Positions 11,070 to 23,648 of a stretch of DNA of 64,000 bases are shown in pieces. The stretch is from Phoronis australis. Its lineage: Eukaryota > Animalia > Phoronida. The number at the start of each line of letters is the position of its first letter. The stretch's first letter is position 1. The DNA lies in NCBI GenBank assembly GCA_002633005.1, contig NMRA01000072.1, positions 206,952 through 270,951 on the forward strand, in the 5' to 3' direction. Below the pieces are notes generated by a model. That model was not told where the DNA came from. It was given only the letters and a program-made list of their open reading frames with translations, and did no database searches. A program made the position numbers and the translations under genes.

Positions 11070-14000
11070 ATGGAGGAAGGAAAACGGATTCTTTGTCAGT
11101 TCAAGAGTGAGGATGGGGAGGTAGCTGGTGCCCCCTTTGATCTTCCGGTCGACATCACAGTTGACAAATTGACTCTGATCTGTAACGCTCTTCTTCAGAA
11201 GGTACGTTTTAAATCATACCGTGTATGGCTTCCTGACAAATTGGTGGTTTGCGTAATTTGTATTATGTATTTAAATCAATACACGACAACTCCATGTTAT
11301 GATTTAAGCCGTCACATAAAAAATCTATTTTTGGTCAACGATAGCGTGTTGGGTTCTTTTTCCACCATCTATTCCTCCAACAAATTAACAATATTATCAG
11401 TGTAATTACTTAAACCTCATTCTTACACCATTTACCTGGTGCAGGTGCCCCCAGACTAACGTGATGTACGAGTGAATGAAAAACTTCAGTCAGCAAAACA
11501 GACTCCCATGGTGTCCAAAGCTCTTGTAGCTCTTCTGATCTAGGATTACATTTTACATTTATAAAATTTGTTTTAAAATAAGTAAATAATTGAAAACATT
11601 CAAATTAAAATTATTCTTTTTAATTTTTTTTTAATTTTTGCAATGCAAAAATAGTTGAGTATATTGTTTTCTTTTTTAACAGGCCTTCCGAAATGACTAA
11701 TTCTATATTTATCAAAGTGAAGTTTGGAATTGATCTTTGCTGACAATAGGCTCTAAATATGGCGCCAAAAAGTGCATAACACGAAAATGTTGTGTCATAG
11801 TTGTTATTACAAAAGGTGCAGGAATCAGAATTAATTTTAAACAAACAAGCATTTGTAGAAAGGATCCCATGCAGCAATTAGTATTAAAAAAGGGCGTACT
11901 TTTGTATCATTTACAATAAAATGACTTGCCGTGACATGCCAGTTTATTGAGTCTGAGTATGGGCTTCCCTGGTCCAGAAGTCATATTTTATTTAGGTAAG
12001 GATCAAATTGAGACCAGTTGTATTACAGTGCGTGGTCAAAATATGAATTTGTTTTTAGGCGAGAGGCAGGTTTATTCATGTATATAAATTTAATCGACAT
12101 ACTACAAGGAACAACTAATTGATTCGTGTCTTCTCTCTCTTTCTATAATTTTTATGTGTTTTGTAATAGTTGATAATTTCATCGACAGGAGGAATCTACT
12201 CCTTACTCATTCTATGTGGATGAAAAAGAAATTACAGAAAGCTTAGGAAAGACATTGGACATTGAGCAACTAGAAAGCACAGAGAAAGTTGTGGATATCC
12301 TGTATCAACCTCAGGCTGTGTTTAAAGTGCGTGCTGTGACCCGGTGCACTAGTACCATAGAAGGCCATGCAGAGGCAGTGATATCTGTTGCCTTCAGCCC
12401 CAGTGGAAGGTACTTTATTTTCAGTTTCTTTATTTAAGGGAGTTTGGCAGGCCTACATTTAGCGTGTGTCCAGCTTGTTGTTTTACGATGTAGACTAATT
12501 GATTAAACATTTGAATATTATTTGTCATTTCAACTATTAACAGAAATGCTGACTTTTAAGCTTTTGTTGCTAAAATGTTACGTAACAGCAACAGTTACTC
12601 TAAACATGCAAATAGGCGTAAACACGTCAACAACACTCATTTCACAATCCCAGCAACATTACCTGATGGTCATCTAGTGTTGTGCAGTGGGATGACTGTG
12701 ATCTTGAAATTAGTGAACTTTCTTCTGTGACATTGTTTGAGCTAAAATAGCTTGGTGACCCACTATTTTTTTCTTGTTTCATATCAAACGCTTAAAAAGC
12801 ATCAAAATGAGATTTTAAGGAAGCATTTTAAGGGTGTTACTTTTTGTTTAAAAGCCAGTTCCAATACTCGAGGTATTCAAACTCAAAAAAAATTCTTAAA
12901 CGTCGATGTAAGAAAATCGGTAAACCGGAAATTTGTAATTGAAGCTGTTAAAATATGAAATTGTCATCGTGCTACAAAAAATATTCAGTTTTCAGTGGTT
13001 GATTAAATTAGATGTTGGTTTCATTTTTGCCAGAGGTGGCTCTGTTTGAGCAGCTACAACGGAAAGAAAAATAATTTGTTAATCCTGACATTCTTCGAAT
13101 TTTTACAGTAGGCAGAGTCCACAATATGATAATTTAAATAATTCCAACAATAAATAAAACTGTCAAACTCTCTTAAGTGCCACGGTCCTGAACAAGAACA
13201 GGTTACTCTGTAAATATTTCTGTTATATAGCTTAAGATTAAATTTACCTAATACTTGTATGATCATGAAAATAGTTCCTGTCAATTCATTCAGTGTGGAT
13301 CTGTTCACCAAACCTTGGATACAATGACACTTGCTTTTCTCAGCTGTTACTGTATATTAATTGTGTTGTCTCTCCAGGTACTTAGCAAGTGGATCAGGCG
13401 ACACTACTGTCAGGTTTTGGGACTTGAGCACAGAAACTCCTCAACACACATGTAAAGGTGGGTACTCGATACATGTGAGTCACTATGAAGCATATTAACA
13501 ATATTACACTACCAATATTAGCACAGGAACTCCACAACACACATGTAAAGGTGGGTACTGGATACATGTGAGTCATTATGAACCATATTAACAATATTAC
13601 ACTACCAATATTAGCACAGGAACTCCACAACACACATGTAAAGGTGGGTACTGGATACATGTGAGTCATTATGAACCATATTAACAATATTACACTACCA
13701 ATATTATTAGCACAGACTCCACAACACATGTAAGGGTGGGTAGTGGATACATATGAGTTGATATGAACCATATTAACAATATTATACCACCATTATTGTT
13801 AGCACAAAGACTCAACAACAACAATGTAAATGTGGGTACTGAATACATAACTGGCCATTACTATTGAGTGCATACCATTTGATAAGGTGTAAATGAATAC
13901 TGTCTGATATTCGCAATTTCTTCCAAGATTTGAGTAATGCCGACGTGGATGCACATAAACAAACAAGTCACACTTATCTTAAACTTTTATTCCTGTGTTT

Positions 14001-17000
14001 CTGCTGCAATTGCTAAGTACATAATTTTACATATATCTACTCTTTTTCTGTCATCGTTCATATTAGCTCTCTGTGGCCACAAAATGAATACTATTGGATT
14101 ACTTATTTGCCTACACGATGTGGCAGTTAGTTGGGCAGGGTTTCATTTCAGGAATCTACAAAACGGTTACTGAATCATGGTGAGAGTAATTATCATGTTT
14201 GCCAACATAAACTATGCTACACTCATTTCTGGCACAAAAAACTAAAAGCTGCATTTCGACCTGTTTAGGTGGCTAAAAGATGAAAATCGAATTTTCCTTT
14301 TACTCGCAATCGGTATGATATTCTTTACCACGGTTGGATTCCTTTTCTGTTACCAACAAGAACATGGAAACCAAGAGGGGTCGGCCAACTCTGAAAGTAA
14401 TTCATTAATGACACATTCACTACGCATTGCCTGTTACTCGAGTTGCTGAATTATTCGGTAACAATTCAAGATCCAATGAGCAGTTGATGTTTTAAACTTC
14501 AAATCGCTTTGTTTAAGTATTAAACAATAAACAGCGTCGAAAAGCTCTTTTTAAAAGGTCATTTTACTTCCCATTTGTAGTCTAAACTCTCAAATCTTCA
14601 ATCATGCTGGTGAACTCTAAAAACTGGTCTTTGCTACCTTAGTTGCTAGGGTTGATATTAGTTGCTACTATCGAGATGAATTATAACGGATCACCTGCAA
14701 AACTGGAAGGGATTGTAAACCTTGTCAAAATTCATGCATTGAAAGATTTGAGACGTGGTGTGTGTTGTTGAGTTGCCTGGTATATAATGTGTTTCGGGCC
14801 AAGGTACGGAAGAAATATACCTTTAAGATACAGGGATATTTTAATTTTAATTATTATTCATCTCTTGTACAGTTTTGTTTTATTGTTATGCTGAGACTTG
14901 TTTAGCTAATGGAACATTTGGTTTTATTCCCGGTGAAAATTATATTGATGTAATCCCATGTACATTTCTCTTGCAGCTCATAAACATTGGGTATTATGCA
15001 TAGCATGGTCACCAGATGGAAGTAAATTGGCCTCGGGATGTAAAAATAGTCAGGTAACTTTAGCATGATTGTTTTACAAAATTGTCTTCAATTGCAATGG
15101 CTTTTCAACGGTGTAGTAAAGTGTGCCTCTCAGCAGTTTGTGTTGCCTGCCTTTTGTGAGCGTAATACTATTTATATACCGCATTCCTCTTGATGCAGGC
15201 ATGCAATAACCACGTGTCCGTGTAATAAACTAAAAGGTTATTGTATAATGGTATTCATGCGTGAGAAAGAAAATCAAGTCTGTGAAGAAATGTGGGTTTA
15301 ATAATTGTGGTATAAATATGATTGCGTTATTAACCTGACTTCATCGCCACTGCAGCGTCAGGTAATAACATCATCCTTATAAAATCATGTGTAGTTTAAT
15401 TTGTTAGATTTCTTGTTGCAGGCGATAAATGAAATGCAGTTTTAGTTACAAAACGTTCACGTTTGCATAAACTACATTATTGTGCCAGGCTGTTTGAAAT
15501 TATTTTAGTCTGTAATTTCCCTCCCTAGTTGTTGTACGTTGACTCTGTAGGTGTGATGAGAAGACGACTCCTCTTACACAACCCATTCACTAAACTAGGA
15601 ATTTCCATCGCGAATTAAGTGTGTTCACTGGCCAATCCCATTAAAAGAAGTTCATCTTTAATAGTCAGGAGGCAGCACCAGTCCTCCAACTCATGTGACC
15701 TGTCGCCATTGATTGTCAAAGTTTCTGATTTTAGATCTGCATATGGGACCCAGTGACGGGCCAACAGAGGGGCAGAACACTAGCAGGCCATAAACAGTGG
15801 ATCACATGGCTGTGTTGGAAACCATTACACTTGTAAGTTGGACCAAGCAGAGAATTTGAGTTGGGATGAACTGTTTAAGAGACAATAGTAGTTTGAGCTC
15901 TGACTTTCTAAGGTAATTCTCAGTGCAATCTTCTAAGTGGGGACAAACCACTCTAGAACCAACTAAGCGTTGCGCAATATGAGTAAGAACTGCACAGACG
16001 GTGTTGTACTTGAGGCATTGTTACATCCTAAGTTGTCCATCCCCATCCTGTTTGTGGAGATGTTATGTTAGGTTTGGATGTTATGAGAATGAATTTAGTA
16101 TGACAGCAAATTTGGCTACCAGTGACTTAGAAAATTATTTTATTGGTAAGTAAATAATTTACTTTAATCTTCTTGAGTCTTTCCATGTAAGAAAACAAAT
16201 CATGTTATCTGTGGCAAAAATGAAACTTTTCCACCAAATTACAAGCTTGCATTGCATTAATTTTGCAGAGATCCTGAATGTCGCTTTCTAGCCAGTTCAT
16301 CAAAAGTAAGTATTGAATGAATATAAGCCGCTCGGCACCTTCTAATTGCCAATTCATCAAGTGTTTGGGCACAGTATCTATATATTCCCATTCAGCTGAT
16401 GGAGATATTGTTTTCGGTCACTAAAATGAAAACCCGCAAATTCTAGCTCAATGAGTTCCATTTTCAGCAATATGTAACTGTCTTCAATTTCTTCTCAAGC
16501 TCGGATATCCCTTCTAATGTGAGTGAGGAGACTAAACTTATTTTGTTCATTGTGTTTCATTGTGTTGTGTCTGATGTAATGTGCAATGATGTATAGGTGT
16601 GTCTTGCATTCATTGTGTTGTGTCTGGTGTAATGTGCAATGATGTATAGATATGGCTTGCGTGATGTTACTACTGTGACTTTGAAAGGGTAGAATGTTAT
16701 TTGAAAGCGACTAATAAAACAAAACTATGCATCAAACTTTCTCCTTGAAACGACTGGGGATTTCCTAAAGAGCCCCTATTAACATAAATCCGTCATGGGG
16801 GCTCTTTCGGAAACGAGGGCGAAAAGAGCCTCCATGGGGTCTCTTTCGGGATCGTTGTGCATTTCTGGTACAGGTCAAGGGTATGGAAAGTGTGGAAAAA
16901 TGTCACTGTTTTCTCAATTTGAGTCCATAAAAGGACATGACTTGTTAACGGAGCTGTCAATCAGGCTTCCGTTATAGTAGCCAAGTTGCCAATTGAGTCT

Positions 17001-20000
17001 GAATCCTGCCAGGTATTTCAACCGAAGTTAAAAACTAGATTAAAGCAAACCACTGCCTCTGACGCCACCATCACTGACTTGAGTTGAACCTTCTAATCTC
17101 TAATGCAGTCATTTACTCCCTCGCACAGCTCTTTTAAAGTTCACTGCTAAACAAGTATACTGTCATAAGAAACTCCAGTTTCTAAAAGAGTCAAATTTTC
17201 CGAAAAAGCCCGCTGGGGTCTTTTGGTGGATGTAAAATCGCTTCAGGAAATGAACATTTCCGAAAGAGTTCCCTGGGATCTCTTTCAGAAATCCACTGTA
17301 ATGTTTACAATACTAGGATGCAAGGAAGCTTCCGTGTTTTAAAGCATAAAAATGGAAACGTCGTCTGGCTAAATTTAGTATGTGTGTATTTATTTTGTCG
17401 GTTGGCACTTTCCTGTATCTGAGTACTTTGCCCTAGGATGCTACAGTACGTATCTGGGACACACTGCTGTCTCAATGTAAGATGATCCTGTCGACACACC
17501 TGCAATCAGTTACCTGTGTCAAGTGGGGAGGGTCTGACCTCATCTACACTGCATCACAGGACAGAACCATCAAAGTGTGGAGAGCGGATGATGTAAGTTG
17601 GATGATGGATAGTAATTTGTAGTCCCACTTCATGTACAAATAATGTACAATGATTAAGAGAGTTGTCCACTCCTGAAGTTTTTGATGAAAACTATCAAAA
17701 TTGGTTTCCTTTGCTGACTTCATATTTGATTAAGACACGACTGTTCTGTTGGATAGCATCACAGACACTTGCTTGTATTCTCTGTACAATTTTTGATCAT
17801 CAGGTGTACAGTTTTGAAGTAAATTGCGTATAGACAAACAAATAAATTAAAATAGCAGCTGTATTTTGAGAGCACATGTCCCATCATCAGGTACATAGGA
17901 AAGTGGACATGCTAGAAGCAATATCAACAATGGCAGCAGGTAAATAAGCGTACAAGCAGTGTGTGTGAATATAACACACAGTGGGAAGCTTACAAACCAC
18001 TAGCGCAATAGAGCTGCTCATTCTGACTTCAGATAAGGTCAACCAGACTGTGCACATAATGCCCCCTAAGGACTGCAAAATTTGTGGCCTTCCAGTAAAA
18101 TATGGGGAGATGATATCAAAAGAAAAACAGAAATGCATTATTTTAGATGTGACTTGGTGTTTACTAACAATAACAGTTTAGCATGAATAGTTAATCTATC
18201 CAAATCAGCAGATGTTTAAGTTATTGGAGATTCAACAATATGGTGCACTGGGGGGCGGGGGGCATATTAATGTACTTTGAACTTGACACCCATCACTGTG
18301 CAAATTGTAACATTGTAGCAAAAATTCAGTCAATTTTTTTGTAATAATTTCATGAACATTTTTACTTCTGAAGACTATGAAGCAAATATTGATTTAAGTA
18401 ACCCATCCACATCATTGCATGCTGTCTACTGTCCCAACTATGAGAGAAGTGGTGCTTGTATTGTCTCCACAAACACTTGATTTTTATACAAATTCGAATT
18501 TGTTAAAGGGTGTCCTTTGTCGTACTCTCCAAGGTCACGGGCATTGGGTCAATACGATGGCCCTGAGTACTGACTATGCTATCAGAACTGGGGCGTTTGA
18601 TCCTGCCAAGGCCACTCTAGTCCCAAGAGACGACACATCGAGCCCTGAGGAGCGTGCCAAGAAGGCATTAGAAATATACAACTCGGTTAAGGTGAGTTCT
18701 GTTTGATGCTGCTTTTAATAGCTTTGGTACATACATTCTTTAAAGTTGCTGCAAATCTCCAAAAAGACTTGTTTTTCATTTAGATCTCTCACGATTATAA
18801 AATTGACCTTATTTTGTCGTGGAAAGAAATGTAGGTTTGTAATTGCTTGGAGCTGTGCTGACCCACTTTGTCACCCCTACTTAGTGCTCCTTCAAGGCTC
18901 AGAAATCACTTCTAATCTGAGTAAAGAACAAGTCGAGGCCTGTTTTGTAAGTTTTTTGTTGAAAGATTTTTTATGTTGAAAGATTTTTTATACAAAGAGG
19001 GCACATAGCACCTTTAAATATTTCTCACAGACACAGTATGTCAAGTGTGGGCTTTCAGCTTACTTCAATGGTTCGTTGATTGCCAGTTGAAATTATAACT
19101 ACTTTGCATGTACAGTAAAACCAACATAAGTTGAGCCCACCCAGACCGAGAGATTCTTTCGAGTAAGGAAATGTCTGATTTATCTGAAAAGCTGAGTGGA
19201 GAAACTAGTACACAACCATATGCAACTGTCTCAGAGTTAAGCAAAAACTCAGACTTATGCGTGTTCGACTTACGCAACTGTGTAATTAACTAGGTGTTTC
19301 TGCTGATTATGTAGCTTTGGTGCAGAGCTGCATGAGTATACAGCTTCGCACCGATGTGGGTAGAAAAATAGCCTAATAAAATCTGGGACAAAATTAATGT
19401 TATTGTAAATTATACTCTTCCTTGAGTACACTGGTGCTAAATATATAGTTGTCATTCGACTGTTTTTCTCCTGCTAAAGTTGTGGAGGGATCTTATCTTC
19501 ATGAAATAGAGCTTCACTTATTGCCAATTCTTTAATTGACTGTTCTTTTTCCACAAGGTTGCCTACATGTCACAACAATTTGTTGTAAGTTTTTAGTATT
19601 TCAGTACCTGCTAACAGAATTTCTGAGCAAATTTTGCTTCGGCGAAGCTGTCGTCATCTCCCAAAAGATATCGTATTTCAAGTGTCGGTGACAGACTTTT
19701 GTTTGTAACTAAAGCCTGAGAATGACATATTAGCTTATTAGATTGTTTTTTCACTTCATGGGTTAACAGGCAAGGTGAGTGTCAGTTGACTCCCAGATTT
19801 TGCATGCACCTCCTTGGGTTGTTATCATTACATTTTCACGATGAGGTGTTGAGCTGAATTATTTGGGTAGTGTGTAATTTCAAGGTTTGCCATGAAGTTA
19901 ATACACATGGATTTCTAACTGTATTTTGGCATTAGTCTTCATGCAGTTAGCTGACTGGCTACTGCTTATGCTGCTTTTGTTTATACTTCCCTAGGGATCT

Positions 20001-22358
20001 GACCCTGAGAGGCTGGTTTCTGGATCTGACGACTTCACGTTGTTCCTGTGGAAACCTGAGGAAGACAAAAAGCCAGTGTGTCGCATGACTGGTCACCAAC
20101 AGCTGATCAACGAAGTGTTATTCTCTCCTGACACCAGGCTGATAGCTAGCGCCTCCTTTGATAAATCCGTCAAACTATGGGATGGGAAAACTGGCAAGTA
20201 AGCACTGAGGCTGGCTCACATTCATGGACACAACTTTAATGTGTACATAATAGGATTTGGTGAAAGTGAAGGATTTTTTAAAATATACAGTGTTATGGGC
20301 TTCTAATTAATACTTGAAAAGAAAGAACTAAATTGATTCTTGATTATGAAGGTGGCCAATCACCATAAGTGTTATGGTAAGCAGTTAAGTCCACTTTCTC
20401 ATTTAGTTTACTATTTTTTTACCAGAAGGAAACTTGATGGGCCCCACTTGAAGTCAGTAAACAAAACATTGAGTCTGTGTGCAGTGCATGTGCTCCGGAC
20501 AGTGTCAGTAAGTTGTTTGTGTGATATTTTGTCACAAGCCTTTGCCCTATATTATTTTACAATTACGATTGTGTTTTGTCCATAGGTACCTTTTCTCACT
20601 TCGTGGTCATGTTCAGCGAGTCTACCAGGTGGCGTGGTCTGCGGATAGTCGCTTGTTATGTAGCGGCAGCGCTGACTCCACACTGAAGGTGTGGGATGTG
20701 AAGACGCGCAAGTTATTGCATGACCTGCCAGGTCATGCAGACGAGGTAAGGGTCAACTTGAGGTTAACGATTAGTGAGAATAAACAACAGAGTCGTAGCT
20801 GGTCTTTGAGTTTTACAATGTTTAAACTTGTGAAAGCCTTTGGTTATAAAAAGTTTTCAAGTAACAACTGAAGTAAGATCATTCAGCCACACTCAGAAAT
20901 GCATCTTGCAAACGTTTCATGGAATGCGGGAGTGAAGAAATCTTGCAGAAAAAATGCATAGTTCCGCATATAGATGCATATGCTTATTTGAGGGGTTGCG
21001 CGGTAAATTCTTTGTTGTCTCGGATATATACATATGATCACTATTTTATTGTTATTACTACCTCCACTGTTATAGGTGTATGCAGTAGACTGGAGTCCAG
21101 ATGGTCAGAGAGTGGCCAGTGGTGGCAAGGACAAGGTGCTCAAAATGTGAGTTACTATGGTGTTGATAGTATATCCTGATGAACTCTCCCCGGCTGCATG
21201 AAACAGTCCCAAATAGGGACTCAGCTATGTTCCCTAAATCTACTGTGTATTTGTGGACACATATAGTCCTTTCTTATGCTGTTTTAGTTTTTGACTCAAC
21301 TCGAGTTGAACTCCTTGTTGAATTCTCAATATTATTGAAACCGAGCAGTAGAGTTTTTTCACGCAACACTCCTACTTTAACTGATTATTTATTTTCATTG
21401 AGCTAAAGGCTCGGCTTTTAGTTATATTTATTAGAAAATGTAATTAAGCATACAGAAATATTACATCTGTGAGCAACGAACAACACAAATATGTAAGAGA
21501 TTTAGTCAACTTAGTTGAGTCCCTGTTTGATGCAACTAGCCACTGGCTTGTATACTACATGCCATAAGTACCATACTCGTCCGTGTGACCGCCCATATAC
21601 ACTACATGCCATAAGTATCGTACTCGTCTGGATTACCGCCCATGTTCAGCTTACTGTCCACCCCCTGTTTTTTTCGATTTCCAATTTATGTGCCCTGACC
21701 AGTAACCCGGATGAGTACGACATTTAGACAAGATACCATTTTCCAATCATTAGTGCTAATCGGCTTGCAGCAAGAAGGATGGGGAATGACTTTCCATCAC
21801 TCATAATTCCATCGAAAATTTAGCTTTAGAATGGCATTTGAACTTGTCATTACTTTTGGCCTGTAGTTGTCAGATGTTTCAGTGGTGTGACTGCGCTTGA
21901 AAAACTGTCACCACACAGTTATGATTCTCAAAGATTAGCTTTAATTGTGAATAGAAAAAAGAATTTATTGCCATGAAGGTGTTAAAAATGTGCCTTCCTT
22001 TTTGGTGTCATTATTGTACAGTACATTAAAACTTAATTTTGTTAAAGTAAGTTAGTATTATGCGAATAAGAAATAATTTTTTTTCAGAATTTATAGAAAT
22101 ACCTTTAAAATTAGGGTAAATCACGCATAAGCTTGCAGTTACATCCTGGAGTTACAGCTGCAAACAATTGGACTAAATGTCACGACTGACCTTGAGATTT
22201 GACTCTAAATTAACCAATAGATCAGGTGTATCTTGCACTATATAATACAAAAACATTTAATACCGTTTTGTTTTAAAATGTAAATTGAGAGATTATATCC
22301 AAGCAAAGGGTCAGTAGTTTATTCACCAACTATGATTTTTTTCAGATGGAGGCGATAA
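11070..22358 (+). CDS. NLE1: Notchless homolog 1 (NLE/UBL domain + WD40 repeats; Rsa4 ortholog), 12 coding exons, 476 aa
   Basis: Exons 11070-11201, 12189-12409, 13378-13457, 14977-15053, 15735-15832, 16269-16305, 17437-17592, 18509-18691, 19995-20197, 20586-20745, 21076-21146 and 22346-22358 total 1431 nt, all GT-AG and phase-consistent. Motifs [74 protein letters not shown] and terminal WRR*. Confidence 0.98.
13427..13848 (+). repeat. ~93-bp minisatellite (~4.5 copies) spanning the NLE1 exon-3 3' end and its splice donor
   Basis: Units start at 13427, 13520, 13613, 13709 and 13801, each agcacag.aactcc.caacacacatgtaaag|gtgggtac... Confidence 0.93.
14240..14380. repeat. Dispersed repeat family (other copies ~24345-24470 and ~38150-38290)
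   Basis: Shared blocks gctgcattt...ggctaaaa / aaagatgaaaa...atcggtat...gatattc.ttac...gttacca.caagaac. Confidence 0.5.
16556..16661. repeat. 53-bp tandem repeat x2
   Basis: ttcattgtgttgtgtctg(a/g)tgtaatgtgcaatgatgtatag occurs twice. Confidence 0.8.
16754..17298. mobile_element. Non-autonomous DNA transposon/MITE with imperfect TIRs and subterminal TCTTTCGG repeats
   Basis: ctggggatttcctaaagagc... at the left end versus ...tctctttcagaaatccactg at the right. Multiple ctctttcgg/ccgaaagag motifs near both ends. Confidence 0.55.
21553..21644. repeat. 47-bp tandem repeat x2
   Basis: actacatgccataagta...tactcgtc...accgcccat occurs twice. Confidence 0.75.
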
Positions 22359-23293
22359 CTTCGTGAAACTCATTGTTAACGTCATAATCACAGATCCTCG
22401 GTCTTGTACATGTAGCAGGATTGTTGTCATTATTACCAACATGTCGACCAAGACTGCGCAAGTGTAGGAAGTGTTGCCAAAGAGAGAGTGCAGGTGGGCG
22501 GAGGTGTTGAGTTGCGGTCTCATGGAATTGGTTCTTCTCAACTGTTACCATTAGCTTGCATATAGCTCATCACCTGTTGCTATAGTTACTGTGAGACTGG
22601 ACTGTGCAAACTGACTGTTGGCTGTTGGCGGGATGTCTGTTGTCAAAAATGTAATTACAAATTATTTCTTGCATCCGTCAAGTTCAGGTAATAGCAATGT
22701 GTTTAGTTGTGTATCCACATGTACTGCCACTTAGTACCACATGCTATTAAATATTTAGACATCATTGCCAAAACAAACTTAAGAGGATAAGAGGCTGTTG
22801 GACCTAAACACATTTTGGGATAATTGGAGTTGATAGCTTTGGCTAGAGCTATAAAGCAACAAAATCTGTTTTGTTTTTGTAATTTTGTTATAAATTGGCA
22901 ATTCTCGCTAAATTGTCTGTCAGACATTCGCTGAAATCGAGGCTGGTATCTTTACCATTTAAATATACTTAAATACTCTAATTGACATTTAGCTGAGTGG
23001 CAGAGCATAGGCTGCAACTGCAGAGGTAAGGAGTGTGATTCCATGCTGCCTCTCATTCCAGAAAAAATGACTTTTTGCCGATAATGTCCCTTTAAGGAAA
23101 GACTTGATGGTTGTTTCTGCAATTATGTTTAGCAGAATTTTATGTTTAGCAGAATTCAAATCCTCTAATACAACTTTCTTGTCAAGTGAGACGTCAAAAG
23201 TCTGTTCTGTGGCACTTAAGTTTAGATTAAAGTGATCAGCACAATTTACGTGGAGCGGGTAATGTTTCCTGTCAGAGAAGTTATGATGTAATG

Positions 23294-23304
23294 AATAAAA
23301 TAAA
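23294..23304 (+). terminator. Candidate NLE1 polyadenylation signal
   Basis: Overlapping AATAAAATAAA ~0.9 kb after the stop, followed by a GT-rich downstream element (gtgtttgttgtttctt). Confidence 0.5.
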
Positions 23305-23648
23305 TTAAATATTTTATATTTCTAGTGTTTGTTGTTTCTTGTCCATTATAAAGTCCTCGTCCTTTCTAACTTATAGGAGTGTGTGGGAGGGTGCAATCCA
23401 GTGATTAGTTTGATTTCTTTTGTTTTATGTGAGGGCTCACATAAAACTTAGCATGGTGTGAAAACTTAGCACCGCTAGTGAAAACTTAGCAGGGCATGTC
23501 ATTTATCAGAAGATAGGCTTACGAAAATGCCAACACCTGCAGATTTTGGCATGACGTGTTCCAGTAGATTGCTATGTGTACAGCTGCCGTATTAAGCCAA
23601 GTGGTCATTAGATGGACTGTATTTTTCGTTATTTCTTAGTAATTGTAA

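Noticed and set aside
13394-13771. 125-aa minus-strand ORF with internal repeats
   Set aside because: It is the antisense reading of the 93-bp minisatellite; a period divisible by 3 explains the open frame.
15550-15730. Possible intronic C/D snoRNA in NLE1 (GTGATGA ... CTGA)
   Set aside because: The boxes are too far apart, the D box overlaps the acceptor tract and no terminal stem is present.
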